A stretch of 64,000 nt of DNA from Chrysomallon squamiferum. Its lineage: Eukaryota; Animalia; Mollusca. A program made the translations under genes and the position numbers. The DNA lies in the NCBI GenBank assembly GCA_012295275.1, contig CM022673.1:5518001-5582000 (forward strand), given 5' to 3'. Shown in pieces: positions 14,241-35,422 of this stretch; the first letter of the stretch is position 1; every line of letters starts with the position of its first letter. A model generated the notes under the pieces. That model was not told the DNA's origin and did not search any database. It saw only the letters and a list, made by a program, of their open reading frames with translations.

Positions 14241-16463
14241 TCACTGAAGTCTGCTGATTGTGTATGGAACAGAACTGCTGATGTCGAGGAAGAAATGTCC
14301 TTCTTTACCTGGGCGGAATGTGCATGGAGATATGTTGTAGATCCCTCCGGAAATGTTATCTAGCTGCAGAACACAGTAACCTGGCCTGAAAAGAGAGAGG
14401 TAACAACAATGTTATCTAACTGAAGAGAAAAACAGCTGACATTTGTACCTGTCAAAGAACAAAAGAGCAAAAACGTTATCTATCAAGTCAGAATAAAAAT
14501 GTTATCTTCATAAAGAACAAAAATAACAAAAATGTTACCTATCAGGTCAAAAATAAAAAATATTATTGACTCGAAGGTTAAAATAACATAAATATTATAT
14601 ACCAAGTCAAAATAAAAATGTTATCTGTCAGGTCAAAAAACCCAGAAATATTATCAAAGCAAAGGATATCTAGAGTAATACAAAATGCTATTTGTTTAGT
14701 TAAAATAACAAAAATGTAATTTACCAAAAGGACAAATAAATTCATCTAAATAATACCTGATTATTATTAATATTAAAATGTACTGAAGTTTGAGAATGAA
14801 GATTATGAAAACAGACTCACCTGAAATCACCTGAAGTCTTTTTCTTAAACGAACCTGGAGCATTGGATACATTTTCATTAACACATATCACTGTACATCC
14901 AACACTGTACTGTCTGAAAATTAATTAAATATTCTATTATTATCATTATTGTTGTTATTATTACTATTATTATAAATATTAAGTATTTAAATTAAAAAGA
15001 CAATTGAAATAAAATATAATATAGAAAGGAGAGTAAACTGAAAAAATAAAAAATAAAAATAAAAATAAAAACAAAAATAATATAATAAAATAAAATAAAG
15101 TGAATTAAATTTAATTAAATTAAAGTCAACAAAACAATATTTTATTTGATAAAAATACACAGAATTTTACATCTTTTGCAGGTGTTTTGGTGGGGTTTTT
15201 TTAGATGGTGTAGTGAGTACCAAAAAGGCTTACAGTTTTCAGCAAACAGCTACGGCAAAAATATCCCACATAAAATTCTGAATAATCTCTATTAAATAAA
15301 AAATATTAAAAAAAAAAAAAAATTCTGGCAAGACTGCTAAATGTGCTTATAATTCCTTTATAAACTGCATCAAATAAGATTTTACAATTTCTACACAGAT
15401 TTATAAAAAAAAAAGTAAATAAAAAAAAAAAGCATACAGTTTCTCCAAAAAGAATTAACACCACTGTTTTCAACGATGCCACCTACTTTGGCCCGAGAAC
15501 TTCAATGAGGACACAGTTGTCTGTAGAGCTGTTATCGATCTTCATCTGATAGATGGGGTTGTTTTTGTGAGTCTCTGGGAAGTTCCCACAACCTCCTGCA
15601 GTCACTCCCTTCCACTCTCCTGTGATTTTCTTCTGGTGCTCTGGTTTGTAAGGATCAACAAACTGCTTGAGGGAGAACTCGCACGTCGAGTACGCTCTCA
15701 GTGTGTAGTGTATCGTGTTGTTTTTCTCGTACTGGGACACGACGAGTGTGTACAGCGACGTGCCTTTGTTTTCCACCAGTTTGCACAGGTAGTGGGGGCT
15801 GTTGATTCTAATTCCATCTTTGTATGGCGGAGGGTCATCTAAGAAACAAAAGATGACTTTATCAAAAATTTTAATATTATTAGCTATGATTATGTATGTA
15901 AACAAATATGCATGCATAAGCACACACATACACATATGAACCAACTCGTGAATGTAAGTGTATCCTAATTCATGTATACCAATGTAAATTATGAACAGAA
16001 AATGGACAGTATTGTAAAAACAAATGTCGGTTTAATGTTATTACTATTAAACATACAAAGACACACAAGACAACAGACATATATAAGCACACACACTCAT
16101 ATTTACATAGACATAGTTGTTGTTTTTTTGTTGTTTTTTATAATAATATAGAATTTATTTCAAAAATATACCTTGGCTAATTTTAATATTTAAAGCTTGA
16201 AACAATAAAATGAATTTATGGTAAATAAAGATCATATGATTCCACAATGCACATATCACAAGCATAGGACTTACATGGGTAAAAAACTCTTTTCCCTTCA
16301 GTTTTATAAACCAGGACAGTGATAAATTCTTTATTGTTTGCAAAGTCATCCTGAAATCAATACAGATAATAATTTTGAATTGCATGCACCCACTTGACAA
16401 CAGCTTGCAGCTATCCATGCAAACAGACAAACAAAGAGAGATAAAAATGTATATAAAAATAGT

Positions 16464-16541
<78 letters not shown>

Positions 16542-17235
16542 CACACAGAGAGTGGGGAGAGCAGCAAAGTGATAGAGAGACAGACAGAGTCAAAGACAGA
16601 GAGAGAAGAAGAGACAATGACAGAGAGATGGGGAGAGACACAGATAAAGAGAGACAGAGACAGAGAAAAAATGGGAGAGAGAAATACCAAAGACAGATAT
16701 ATCTGTATAGAAAACTCAAAGAAACATAAAATAATTCTACGAGTTTTTACACCAACTGATATTACTGAAATTTCCAAGGAATAAAGCTTAACTCTGGTGA
16801 ATGTAAAACCCTCACTCACTTTGTCTGTTATGTGTCTGGTGAGTAAAATCCAGACAGCTGCAGGCTGTGTGGCTCGGATTTCCAGACGATATTGTGGATT
16901 GTCACTAATGTTGTAGCTGTCTTTCTTAGGTCCTTCTTTGGCCTGCCAAGTGCTGGAATGAAAGAAGGTAGAAAGGAATAAATGAACAAATGAATTAATG
17001 AATAAATGAATAAACAGATGAATGACAGAAAGGACAAATGAATAAAAAAGCAAATGAATGTCTGAAAAACAAAACAAATGAATAAAAATGTAGATGAATA
17101 AAAGAACCAAAAAAATTTTAAAAATGAAAGACCTAACAAATGAATAAGCAAGTAAATGAATTAACAAATAAACAAACAATCAAAAATTATTTCATGAAGG
17201 TAAAAGTTAAACTGACATCCCTATTATTTTCAAGC

Positions 17236-17283
<48 letters not shown>

Positions 17284-17610
17284 TTTATTTATTTATTTTA
17301 ATGTGAGAAGGAATGAAGCTTACTGGTGAATGCAGGTGGTGTGAGAGAACAGATCAGGATTCCAGTTGATGTAAAAAACATCAAAGAATTTGCAGATAGA
17401 TTCATAGTCAATCCAGAACACACCTGAAAAATAAATACAAATACAAATATAAATATAAATATAAAAAAAAAATAAATGCAAATTTAAATACAAATACAAA
17501 TACAAATAGAAACAAATATAAATATAAATACAAATACAAATACAAATATAAATACATAAAAAAAAAAAAAAAAAAAATAAAAGTAATAAAATAAATTATA
17601 TACAAATAAA

Positions 17611-17660
<50 letters not shown>

Positions 17661-18206
17661 AAATAAAATAAAATAAACAAAATGTAAGTGTATGTGTTAT
17701 ATATTTATACAGGTGGTATTTGAGCATATGATGTAGTTTTACGCATGACTCACATATAGGATAATTCTCTACACATTCAAAAAGGGTAACATTTGGAAGC
17801 ATATGGTTGAATATATATAAACACACACACACACGTTTTTCTCAATTTTCCACTATCAGTCATGTATTTAGGTCAAATCACCAAATACAAAACATTTTGT
17901 CACTTTACATGAAATGTGAAAACAAAACAATGAAACGAGAAATAAAATTAAACGTCCACTGTACTAAAGAATTAACTTGTCTGCCTCTGGCTCATTTGTG
18001 ATTCATATGAATCAGATAAGAAAAGAATAAAAATGAAAATCAATTGACAAGTATCATCAAGTTTGACTGTAAGCAAAAAAAAAAAAAAAAATCATTGTTG
18101 TTGATAATGAGCCTTAGACAAAATGTAAAATTTGCAATAAAAATATTTTTTCCCCCGATATTAATTATTACAGTTACTTAAGTATCGTGTGTGTGTGTAT
18201 ATTATG

Positions 18207-18249
<43 letters not shown>

Positions 18250-18250
18250 G

Positions 18251-18282
<32 letters not shown>

Positions 18283-18569
18283 TCAGTAATTACTTGTTAT
18301 TTAGCATTATCTATCATTTAGAGATGTAGTGAATTCTCAGAATAACAGATTAACAGAAGGAATGATGGATGCTGATGTCTGATGTCCCCACCCCTGGGAA
18401 ATGTAATTTAAAAAAAATGGAAACTGATGATGTAACAGGTCACTTCAGGATCTAATTACAAAAGTTTATTGATCTGGTCAGGCTGAAGAAAAATGTCATT
18501 TTATTATTCTGTAGTTACCATTTTAGTTTCAGCAGAAAACAGATATATTATGTTTTTAAACCATTTTTT

Positions 18570-18636
<67 letters not shown>

Positions 18637-21600
18637 TGGTTTAAGGTTTCTGAATACCTTATTATTTAAAAGAACAGAAAAGCATGAACCTTTATAAGAC
18701 CAAAGTAATAATGGTGGCAGATTCAATAACAGTTGCTGTCCTTTGATTATTATTTTGATAACAGCAACTGAAACCTCATACAAAATCTGATAATGCAAGC
18801 TCTTTTTTTTATTATTATCATTGTTACTACTGTTTCCTGTCAACTGATGTATTTAATTCTGCCTTTATTAAATGTTCATATACACTTTGGCTTGGTATTA
18901 CTACTAAAGTAATTGTATTGTAGAAAGGAATCAATACTGAATATCTTCAACATGTGTGTAACTGATCTACCTTATTGTTTGGTGCTACAAAATTTTCACA
19001 TATTTCAAAACAGAAAGTTTTGATGTGGATGATTCGGCTCTATTTTAGTTAAATGAACTGGGTGTGATGTTTTAAAGAGCATCATAATGTATTATTAATT
19101 TATATATATATATATATATATCAATGTAATGTTAATTTGCCTATATATATTTTTTATTATTATTGGCCAAACCTGTTTAAATAATTCTTAATTTAACAGC
19201 TATTTAATTTTTTTATTTATTTATCTTTTCTTTCTTTCTTTCTTTCTTTATTTATTTTTAATAAAGTTTAGTTCTGCTGAGGGATATTTTTATAACATTT
19301 TATAAACTATATAATGTGTCATGGTGTATCATATGTCATAGTGTATCATGAATCATAGTGTACCATATATCATAATATATCATGTATGTCTGAAACAGCT
19401 GTTATGGTGGTTTAAACAATAATGAATGACTAAGATCATCATTATTATTATGGTTTCTGTACAAGATAACATTTACTCCTGGGAACAAACAAATACTCTA
19501 CTAATGTTATCTTCAGATAACATTAATGTGACAGATCTGATTGCCATGATATAAATGACCCTGATCTGATAATATAAATGACCCTGATCAGTGTTATCAA
19601 AACTGTGTAACTTTTGAGCAGGAAGTTGGTCTTATAATATTAATCCTATTCTGATTACATAACACACTTTTCTGACAAAGATAAACATTCAGAGAGCTCA
19701 CTTGCCACAAACGCAATATATTATAATAAAGTTTAATAAATATATTAATTTTCATTACTGTAAAAATACAATAACCTTTATATGTTATAGTTAATTGAAT
19801 AATGCTTAAAATTAAAGTTTATTTTCTTTTGAAAACTGTTTATACTGTCTAACAGCTACTTTTATACATTATTTGTTCCTGCCATGCAGAAAAAAAAATG
19901 TCAGACATTTCAATGAGATGTTCTACACACATACGTACATACATACACACACAAAAATGAATAATTATTTTTAGATTGACTGTGATAGAAACAAAATAAA
20001 CAAACACATATACACACAAACACAACATACAACACTGACATCACATACAATAGTCATATACTTCTATTGTTGTTTCTTTCATCTGAATTACCCAACACAA
20101 ATGCTTGGTCAACACGACATGGTTAAGTCTGAAACATGATAGCAATCGTTCAGAAATGAACACAGTGAGATTACTGTAATGGATCCGACCAAGATCTTTG
20201 ATTTTTGAAGTACAAAAGCCAGAGATTACTATTCTGAAGATGTGCTAACAAGATACCAGATATTATGTTTCTTACCATTGTCACACATCTGCGCACTCTT
20301 GGGGTCATAGTTCAAAGACTTTTGAAGGTCAGGGGTCCAGTGAGTTGTGTCATTCTCAGAGTATCGCCCTTTCCATCTCAGATGGTTCCATGGATTTTTT
20401 AACATAAATAATTTTTTGCCCTGAAAAAAGAAAACACTGACCTACACAAAAGAATACAGTGATATCAAAGTGACCATGTGATTAAGACATTTCAAGTGTA
20501 TCTGTGACTCAACTATCAAATTTCAGAAACAAACATAAATTTATATACATGTCTTATTTATAACTGGTAATAAATCTGTAACTGTACTCTCGCCTGTTCT
20601 AGACACATATTTTATAGATAGCTGTCTGTTTGATTTATTACTGGCAATGATAAAGTTTAGCAATGAAATACAAGCTAATGCTATTACAGTGTAACTGATA
20701 TTTTTGTATTCTGTTATGGCATTAATTCACAGAAGAATGTAAACATTAAAGTCCTATAATATTAAAAACAAACTGTTGTGCATACTAGACAGTTTACGAA
20801 TTAGGAAAACAAATTCTGTAATACATCAACCTGTGGTGGGTTTGAGTACACAAAAACTGTGAAATATATCCAAGATATTTTATCATTTTTGCAACCTGCC
20901 GCCAGTCATAAGAAAGAACGACAAAAGATATTTGAGGTTTATCCCTTCAAAACTGCAGCTGTGATATTATTATGAACATGTCAGTTTGGTAGATGAATTT
21001 TGGAAACAGGAGAAGACATGCTAGATCAAAACTGTCTGGCTTGTACAAAATGATTATTATTAATTAAGTCAGGACAGCAGCAACAAAAAGATAAAAAAAA
21101 TAATAATAATAATAATTAAAAAAAAAAACCATTTAAATTTTCAAAACAGCCTCAAAAAATATCTTGATGGTGTTTTTGTTATATATGCGATTTCTAGGCA
21201 TACTGTAAATAATATTTGTTCTTTATTCTTTTGATACTTACTTTGACTTCTCTAATATCCAGCATTGCATAGGCATGTGTTGGGACCAGCCCAGCTCTGT
21301 CTGCCTCAGCATCCGAGATCTCTCCTGTTGCCACAGTAACCAGACAGTGGCCTTGGTGAAACCTTTCGAGAAGCCTTTTAAATTCTTTGTCTTTGTCAAA
21401 CTCGGCAGTTCCTGGACGAATGGCAGAGCGCTCTGGTATCCAGCCAGTTAGAGCATGCAGATCTATGTTCTGTAAGTATTTCAGTGTAAAGTATTATTTA
21501 CAGTCACATCAAGTTTTAATCTAGTATGACGATATCACCAACATTGTCGTGAATACTATTAGAACTGGTAACAGGCAGCATCAGTTTCCTCTCTCATATA

Positions 21601-24600
21601 ACCATAATACCAACTAGTAACCATTTCTAAATATTTTATTATGTTATCATTAATCAAACATTCAACTGTTAGTACTTTCAATTAGTTAAAAAAAAAAAAA
21701 TTAAATTATTTCTTTTATTTTTCGTTCATCTTTTTTTCTTCTTTTTTTTAAAATTATTATGTATATCATATATATTTCTTCTTTTCTTATTCTTTTCTGG
21801 GATTTTTTTTTTGTTGTCTTAGTGAAAGCTTCTTTCAAAACTGTTATCTTTCCTAACTGCATTACAATGAAATTATCAGTATTTACTTACAGGTTGTCAT
21901 AAGAAAATGATATTTATTAACGATATGCAGATGTATATTTGAATTACAAGCACCATGAATCTTAGTATACAAGTTATAATATTCAACATATAAAAATCAA
22001 CATCTTCTATTATGACATATAGTAAACTACATGATCATTAACCATATGCACGCAAGTACACACACAGAAACACACTTACATTAATTGTTATATCCAGTTA
22101 TATGGTTGAGAATAATATACATGTAGTCTTATATTAAGAATATTTTTACTGTAGCACTAAAAACAAAATTCATTTCTCCACTGAAGAACAGTTGAACAAA
22201 CTGAATCCTCAGATGGTTTTTGTTTATGAAACCTGACTTTCTGAATGTGATATATGTATAATTAATTATATAACTAATTACTGAGTTTGATCCTGGGAAG
22301 TCATATCCACCCATAACTTTCATATACGCCTTCTCCAGCATGGATACCCACAGTTCATTCCTGTTGTTGGAGAAAGAACACAGCTTCTCTCCAGACCTGC
22401 TCTGAGGGAGTGTGTCATCAATCACAACCTAAAATAAATGTAAAAAGTAACACGTACACGTTTAATACTGCTTTTCAACATTAAAATTCATTGTGTACAT
22501 ATATACGTGCATTTTAATACTGGTTTTCAAAATTAAAAATCACATGGTGCAAACACATGTACATTTTAATACTGGTTTTCAAAATTAAAGTTAACAGTGC
22601 TGAATGTACTATATATACGATTAATACTGGATTTCTAGATTATAATTTCCTTATATAATAATTTTATGATCTTATTAGAAGTTGTTTTATTATTATTGAT
22701 AATCATATACAACACATATATAATTAAAGCTGGTTTTCAAGATGACTGATTCCTTACCTTTCTAGGAACACCATTAATGTTCAGTTTAACCATGTACTTG
22801 CCACATGGGTTGTACACAGGTTCGCCATGGCGATTTTGTGGATACAAAATACTGTGAAAGAAAAAAAAAAATAATAATATTACTTTTAATACATTACTAA
22901 ATATCAAACAGATTACCTAATGAATGAATGAATGAATGAATGAATGATTTTAGTGAAAAAAAATATATATATATATTACAGTAAAGTTTTTACTGGCAAC
23001 TAACAACCAAGAGGCAAACTCAAATCACATGCAGTTTCCAGTCTTTTTTCCTTCATGTGGCAAATTCGTGGCAAAATCAAAGTAACAAAATTTTTCAGAC
23101 AACTTGCCTCTTGTGGCAAAGGTTCTCGAACTTAAACGATGAGCTAGATCATGATCACTCACATCAGAATATAATTGTTGGTTTTTTTCAGTAAAATTAA
23201 AATAAACAAAAAACACGCAGAAAATACTAGCCTGGTAATAAGCTTCTTTTTGAATCGTCTTTCGTACTGTGCACTGATGGCAAGAGATGCAACAAAACTG
23301 CAGTCAGAAACTATGGTCTGAAATTAGAATATTTTATTTATAAATTTTTTGTTTGGTTATTAAACAACAAAAATGTGTCTGTGTGTTCATGTATAGATAG
23401 ACAGCTAGATAGTATTACTTTTTTGAGTTATGGTATTAAACTCAAAATAATACATTTTATCAATTTAATAATTTCTAAATAATTTAATATTAATTTTGTT
23501 TAAAAATAAAGTGGACTTTGCTAATGTTGTTTTGTTGCTTTTTTTTTTTTTTTACTTATTAGTATTATTTTTAAATTTTTTTTTTTTTAATAAAATAAAG
23601 AAGACTCAGTCAGTGTAGGTATTTAACACTTCGTAATAAATTATCTTTTATTTTATTCAATGCATTGAGGTGTATTTAAAAGTTATTCCAAGTCTGTACA
23701 GAACAAAATACTTGTGTAATACTAAAAGAAGATACACAGTGTATGTCAACTGAGGTATATTTAAAAATAATAAATAACATTTCAAGTCTGTACTGAACAA
23801 AATACCTGTCTAATACTGAATGGAGAAACTGCTAAAATCATCTTTGGATCATCACAATAATCTTCTGGTCGAGCCCACTTCCCAAAGTTCTGTTTCTGTT
23901 TTGGAGACAAAGCTAGCTTGCCATCTTTATCACTGAAAAAACAACATGTCTATCATTATTCTTAAGTTTTATGTTATAAGGCTTAAACAAAATATTGTCA
24001 AAAAAATGTGTTCGATTTAAATATTTCTTTATTTAAACTGTTTTATCTTTGAAAAAAGAAAATCATTCTTCTAAAGTGTTATTTTATAAGGCTTATTTTG
24101 AAACGTAGTAAAAATGTATTTCAAGTTAACATATCTTTAGTTAAACTCTTCTAATTAAACTATTTCAAGTCTAGGAAAACTGAAATAAAACTTTGTTTGT
24201 TATGTTATTTGTGTTAATTCTCACATATATGTTTTTTTCCACAGGCCCATGCAGGATTCTTGAGATGTGGCATTAATATATATATTAACAAGCTAGTAAA
24301 ATTATGTATGTGTCAGTTTATCAACTGCATAAATGAATGAAATGAATGTTTAATGACACCCCAGCACTGAAAAAACAACAATTACTAACTGCAATTCAAA
24401 ATGATAGTTTTGTCTAATATATTTAACTTGAGTTGTTTCTGGGAAAAAGATGTTCTTGGATTCAGAGAGACTGGCAGGTTTATGCAGGCCAGCATTTTGG
24501 AAAAACAACAGGTGATAATGAATGAAATAAATATTGAACAACATCCCAGCACAAAAACACAAGTGAAAAAAAGCTGTACAAAAACAATTTCAACTTAAGC

Positions 24601-25644
24601 ATTTTCAAATTAATGGCAGCTTAATGCCTTTTATATCTTTTCTTTTTTCTTATTTTTCTTTTTTTATATATATTTTATTTTCTTTTTTTTTTTCAACCTT
24701 TCCCTAAATGTCTAACAATACTAACATTATTTTGATAAAGATTTAATTACATTGTTTTAACTCTCTGTGGTTACCTGAATTGTACAGGAAATGCAAACTT
24801 TTCCCTCAAGTCAACAGCCATGAAGGGAACATACTCTCTTCCATTGATGTATGACGTAGCCCTAAATAAATAAAAAAAGTTTATACGTGTATTAACACTG
24901 AAGTAACAATGAGCATGCACACATACACAAAATACATCCATCCATCCATACACACAAATATACATTAACAAATGTATGCATAGATACGTATATACACATA
25001 CAAACTTACATAATGATATATAAACATAATAAAAATACATATATTTATGATTCTTGCGGTACAGACTTTCAAACATAAATAATCACACAAATTCTTAATA
25101 AACAACAATAATGTCTTCTAAAACAGTGACACATTCTTAATCAATTAACGTGACACAAATTCGCGTTCAACAACAATTAAATAAACTAAACCCACCTCAG
25201 TACTGCTATCTCTTCTTTGCTGTACCCACCAGGACCAACACTTGCTGGACCCCGCCTATGATTGACGGAGTGACTTGAACTAGAGGAGTGCGGCTTCCTT
25301 TTGTCTTCTTCATCGCTGAAAGCATTAAAACCTAGCGGAGGCATTATTCTCTTATCTTGATTCTTATTTTCATGATTTTGACTCAAGTTTGGTGATGCTG
25401 GCATGTTTTTCTTCAGCACTTCAGCTCTTGATAGTAAATTGAAGAAAATATGCATAAACATGTAAGAAATACACAAAGGAACAAAGCTTAAATGAAAGAG
25501 AATTAATTAATATATGGGGCTTTAATCGGAATGGGAAATAACTCATTTTGAAAAGTATTGATGATCCTTCTGATGAGAAACTTTTTAAATATTTACTTTT
25601 ATTTTAATTCCTTTTATTATTATTATTTATTTATTTATGAATCT

Positions 25645-25685
<41 letters not shown>

Positions 25686-26740
25686 AAACTGATTTGAATT
25701 GGAAACATCATATCTACAAACTTAACACAGATATTTCCACAAAGAAAGATTGATTCTGAAACACAACACACACAAAGAAAATACATTACCACTGACTGAC
25801 AATTCTTACTTCATTAAATTCTTCAGTGCTAACATACAAAAGTTTACAGTACACAGGAATCCAACATGTCTGATGAAAACATGATACAACACAGCAGAGA
25901 TTCTGTTGCATTGTGATACCCAGGTTTCATTCAAATGAAAAAAAGCTACAAAAAAATGGTCAATTTTGGCTTTGGGGGAGGTCAAAACGAAACCACTGTA
26001 GTGGTCACTAAAGACTCCCAAAAGATTAACAGAACATAACAAATCTAACCTGTCTAAACCTTGGGTAGCCATTTTGGTAGCTTTTTCTTGTAAACTGGTG
26101 TCACTCGTACTGTTCCTCTATAAATAAATAAAAATAACTGATTATTTTATTATTATTTATTTATTATTATTATTATTAGTTGTTTAAATATATAAATATT
26201 TATTTTGTGTTCAGATGACATAAGCAGTATTTAGGCTATGACTTCAAAATGAAAAATCAAAAGTAAAATGCATATTGAAGTGGTTTACATAATGAGCAAT
26301 GGTTCTAGAAGGAAGATAACTTACCACTTTAAGAATCTTGAAGAGGTTAGCTTACTATTTTGAAAATCAAGAAGCGGTTAACCTACCATTTTAACAATCT
26401 AGAAGAGGTTTAACTTACTACATCAAGAATCTAGAATGGGTTAACTTACTATTTTAAGAAAGAGCTCCACTGCTTCTGTATACAGTTCCACAGCTTCTTC
26501 ATCATTGTTTTGTTCATCCTGCTCAAACGCTTGATGTAACAGAAACTGAGCCCGCTCCAAATCATGCTGAAAATCATTGTATGATGTACAGAGTGTTAAT
26601 AATCTCAGGTGTTTAAGTATGCACACATATACAATGCATGAAATCAAATGCATATAACATTTGAATTCAACAACATTCCTATGTCTTTTGTTTTGACAGC
26701 TGACAAAGATGTAATATTTTTCTTTATTTAGTCATTTGGA

Positions 26741-26777
<37 letters not shown>

Positions 26778-27590
26778 TTTACACACAGACAGACATATAT
26801 GTGTTTGTGTATATTTATATATATATATGTTCATATACATACATGTGTATATATCTATATGTTCTTAAGGACAGAAATAGTTCATTTTCACATTTTATTA
26901 TTATAGTTCAAAAAAACAGAAGAAAATGTAAAATATATTAAAACAGTATCCTGCATACTGGGTGAAAAAGACTGAAGTATGCATCTTGTTAACAAATTCG
27001 GGTCAAAGTGACAACATTTTCATAGATGATACACTGAACAAAGTGTAAAAACTGATATTATGAGCACACCTGTAACTGTGACTTCACAACAGGTTCGGCT
27101 GTCTGGTTTTGTTGATCAGAGACTAAAAATACAAGTTTTATTTATGAAACATCCGTACAGAAAATGTAGATATAGTTATTGTTAACACAATATTTTCAAA
27201 AATATTAAAATAGTTTTTGTCTAAAATATATAAGGTTTTTATAATTTTTTTACTTGTATTTCATATACTGGTATATTTATGCATTCATTCATATGCACAC
27301 ACACACACACACATACACGCACACATATATATATATATATGTATGCATGCTTGTGCATATGTATGTATTTATGAATGTATAGATGGATGTTTGTTTTTTA
27401 GTACGTACAGATCTATGTGAGCATGTCTATATGTGTTCCTTTAATTAGTAGTAAAGTTACAGTGATAATGTACCTGACTGTTTTAATGTTTCTGCTCTCA
27501 GCATGTACTCATTTGCTTTGTCGAGAATTCCTGGCATCTGAGATCCAGCCAAAGCTGCAGACAGAAGTGCTTGTGATGCCTCCTTGTATA

Positions 27591-27624
<34 letters not shown>

Positions 27625-28027
27625 ATTATATATCATTATCTGTATTGTTAATCAGTCACCCCAAAATGTATGCATATACACACATTTAATATAGAGATTT
27701 CTGTATAACGTATATCAACATTCAATTTTATTTTTTCGAACTGAACATCCTATTTTAGCATTCTCTGCAATTTACAGACTTCAAACTCTGAAAGATAACA
27801 CCACACAAGCATTACAAATCGTTTCTTTTTCTCTTTTTTTTTTTAAAAAGTATCAAATAAAAAGGCTGTCATTTGTAAATCTTGTCAACACTCACAGTAT
27901 AGTAAAATATTGCCAGATCATATTTTCTTTGTTGATCATATTGCACAGCCTGGTGGGCATGGCAACCAGCATCTCTTTCCAGAACAGAGGGATCCACCCC
28001 TCCCTGGAAACCAAATGAAGGGTCCAT
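14241..28027 (-). CDS. CAPN7: Calpain-7 (PalB homologue), 19 coding exons, 840 aa
   Basis: Exons: 28027-27896, 27582-27474, 27122-27070, 26566-26450, 26117-26050, 25426-25196, 24861-24775, 23932-23806, 23317-23232, 22851-22758, 22428-22282, 21469-21242, 20420-20276, 17423-17324, 16952-16820, 16350-16275, 15838-15487, 14913-14821, 14385-14241. Total 2523 nt, phases consistent. Two MIT domains ([16 protein letters not shown]; [17 protein letters not shown]), catalytic triad motifs VSDCSF / PTHAY / LKNPW, C2-like motifs DNPQY and [17 protein letters not shown]-terminus SRLQ*. Confidence 0.96.
16470..16536. repeat. (AG)n microsatellite in a calpain-7 intron
   Basis: Seen directly. Confidence 0.95.
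26305..26460. repeat. ~31-bp minisatellite x5 overlapping the CAPN7 exon-4 splice donor
   Basis: Units like ctagaagaggttaacttactattttaagaat; each carries GTA(A/G)G(T/C) on the minus strand. Confidence 0.85.
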
Positions 28028-28479
28028 ACCTGGCCAAACAGTCCTGGGTCACTAATGTAATCTGAAAATAATTATACAAAAATTTACTGGTACCTATAAA
28101 TATTTTTAAAAATTACTAAAATATTAAACAACTTAAATGATAATAATTATTAGCTTCATGATATAATAAAATATGAGGTAATAATTATATTTAAAATACT
28201 ATAAATGTAACAAATATTGAAAAACAGAAGTAAATGGTATCGATTTATGTAATGTTAATATTGTTATTATCACCAATAAAGTAGTATACAATTTAATACT
28301 GAATGCATGGATGATGAAGAAAAAAGGAACAAATTAAATTACATATACCAAAAATTTAAATAATATAATTATTTTAAATTAAATCAGATTTTATCCTCAT
28401 ATAATTTATTAAACTCTTCCCCAAACACTCTAAGTTAAAACTGAAAATAAACACGGAAATGTTCTATTTTAATATTTAC

Positions 28480-29040
28480 CTTAATCTTTAGATTCTCCAG
28501 TATGGTAACTGTAATCTGACACGTGTCAACTAGTCTGTTAGGAGCAAGAAAGTTCAGTTTTTAATTAAGATTCAGATATCATGAAAAATGGGTAGAATAC
28601 ATTTAATAACTTTCAAATGTTAGAAATTACTTGTATTACTTTTATTTGCTTACAGATATAATAGACTAATCCACACGATGAAATGTACTTAACAGCAAGC
28701 GTAGCAACGTTTGGAAATCTGTTCGGTAAAACATAACTTCCAGAATAAAGACCTATGGAAGGGAAGTAATAAAGGTGTCATACCTGATCTCATTATATAT
28801 TAAATTTGTATGTAAATATTTTAAGTTAACATTTTTATTTTTTTCTTCTTTTTTTATATGTTATTGAAAGCACTATAACTAATATTTTATTCTGAAACAT
28901 TTATAATAGAACAGAAATATATTTGCTTTTTGTTACTTTTTCAAACCAAAATAACCATTTCAAGGCATTTGGCATTTGTGTTTTAGAAGGAATATTATTA
29001 TTTAAATTGCACACTTCTAAAATAATTTGTCAATCATAAA

Positions 29041-29075
<35 letters not shown>

Positions 29076-29239
29076 AGACATTTAGAAGAAAGACTGAAAG
29101 AAAAGAAAGATGATCAGGATTTACGAAAGAAGAGGACGAATGAATTTTGTTCGAGATTACGCATTGGATATTTTATTAATGCAGTGGAACAGTCTAGAAG
29201 TATTGTCCGGCGTGCTCTACCAAGGGGATATTTGCACAG
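28480..29239. promoter_or_regulatory. Probable bidirectional promoter region of CAPN7 and HPRT, including a candidate CAPN7 5'UTR exon
   Basis: Head-to-head genes. The CAPN7 ATG exon has an upstream acceptor (~28062), so a non-coding exon is needed; candidate donor AAG|gtaaat at 28479. CpGs locally retained; ATTGG at 29163. Confidence 0.55.

Positions 29240-35422
<6,183 letters not shown>

Noticed and set aside
16346-17179. 277-aa ORF as a single-exon gene
   Set aside because: It is CAPN7 exon 15 read through stop-free low-complexity introns
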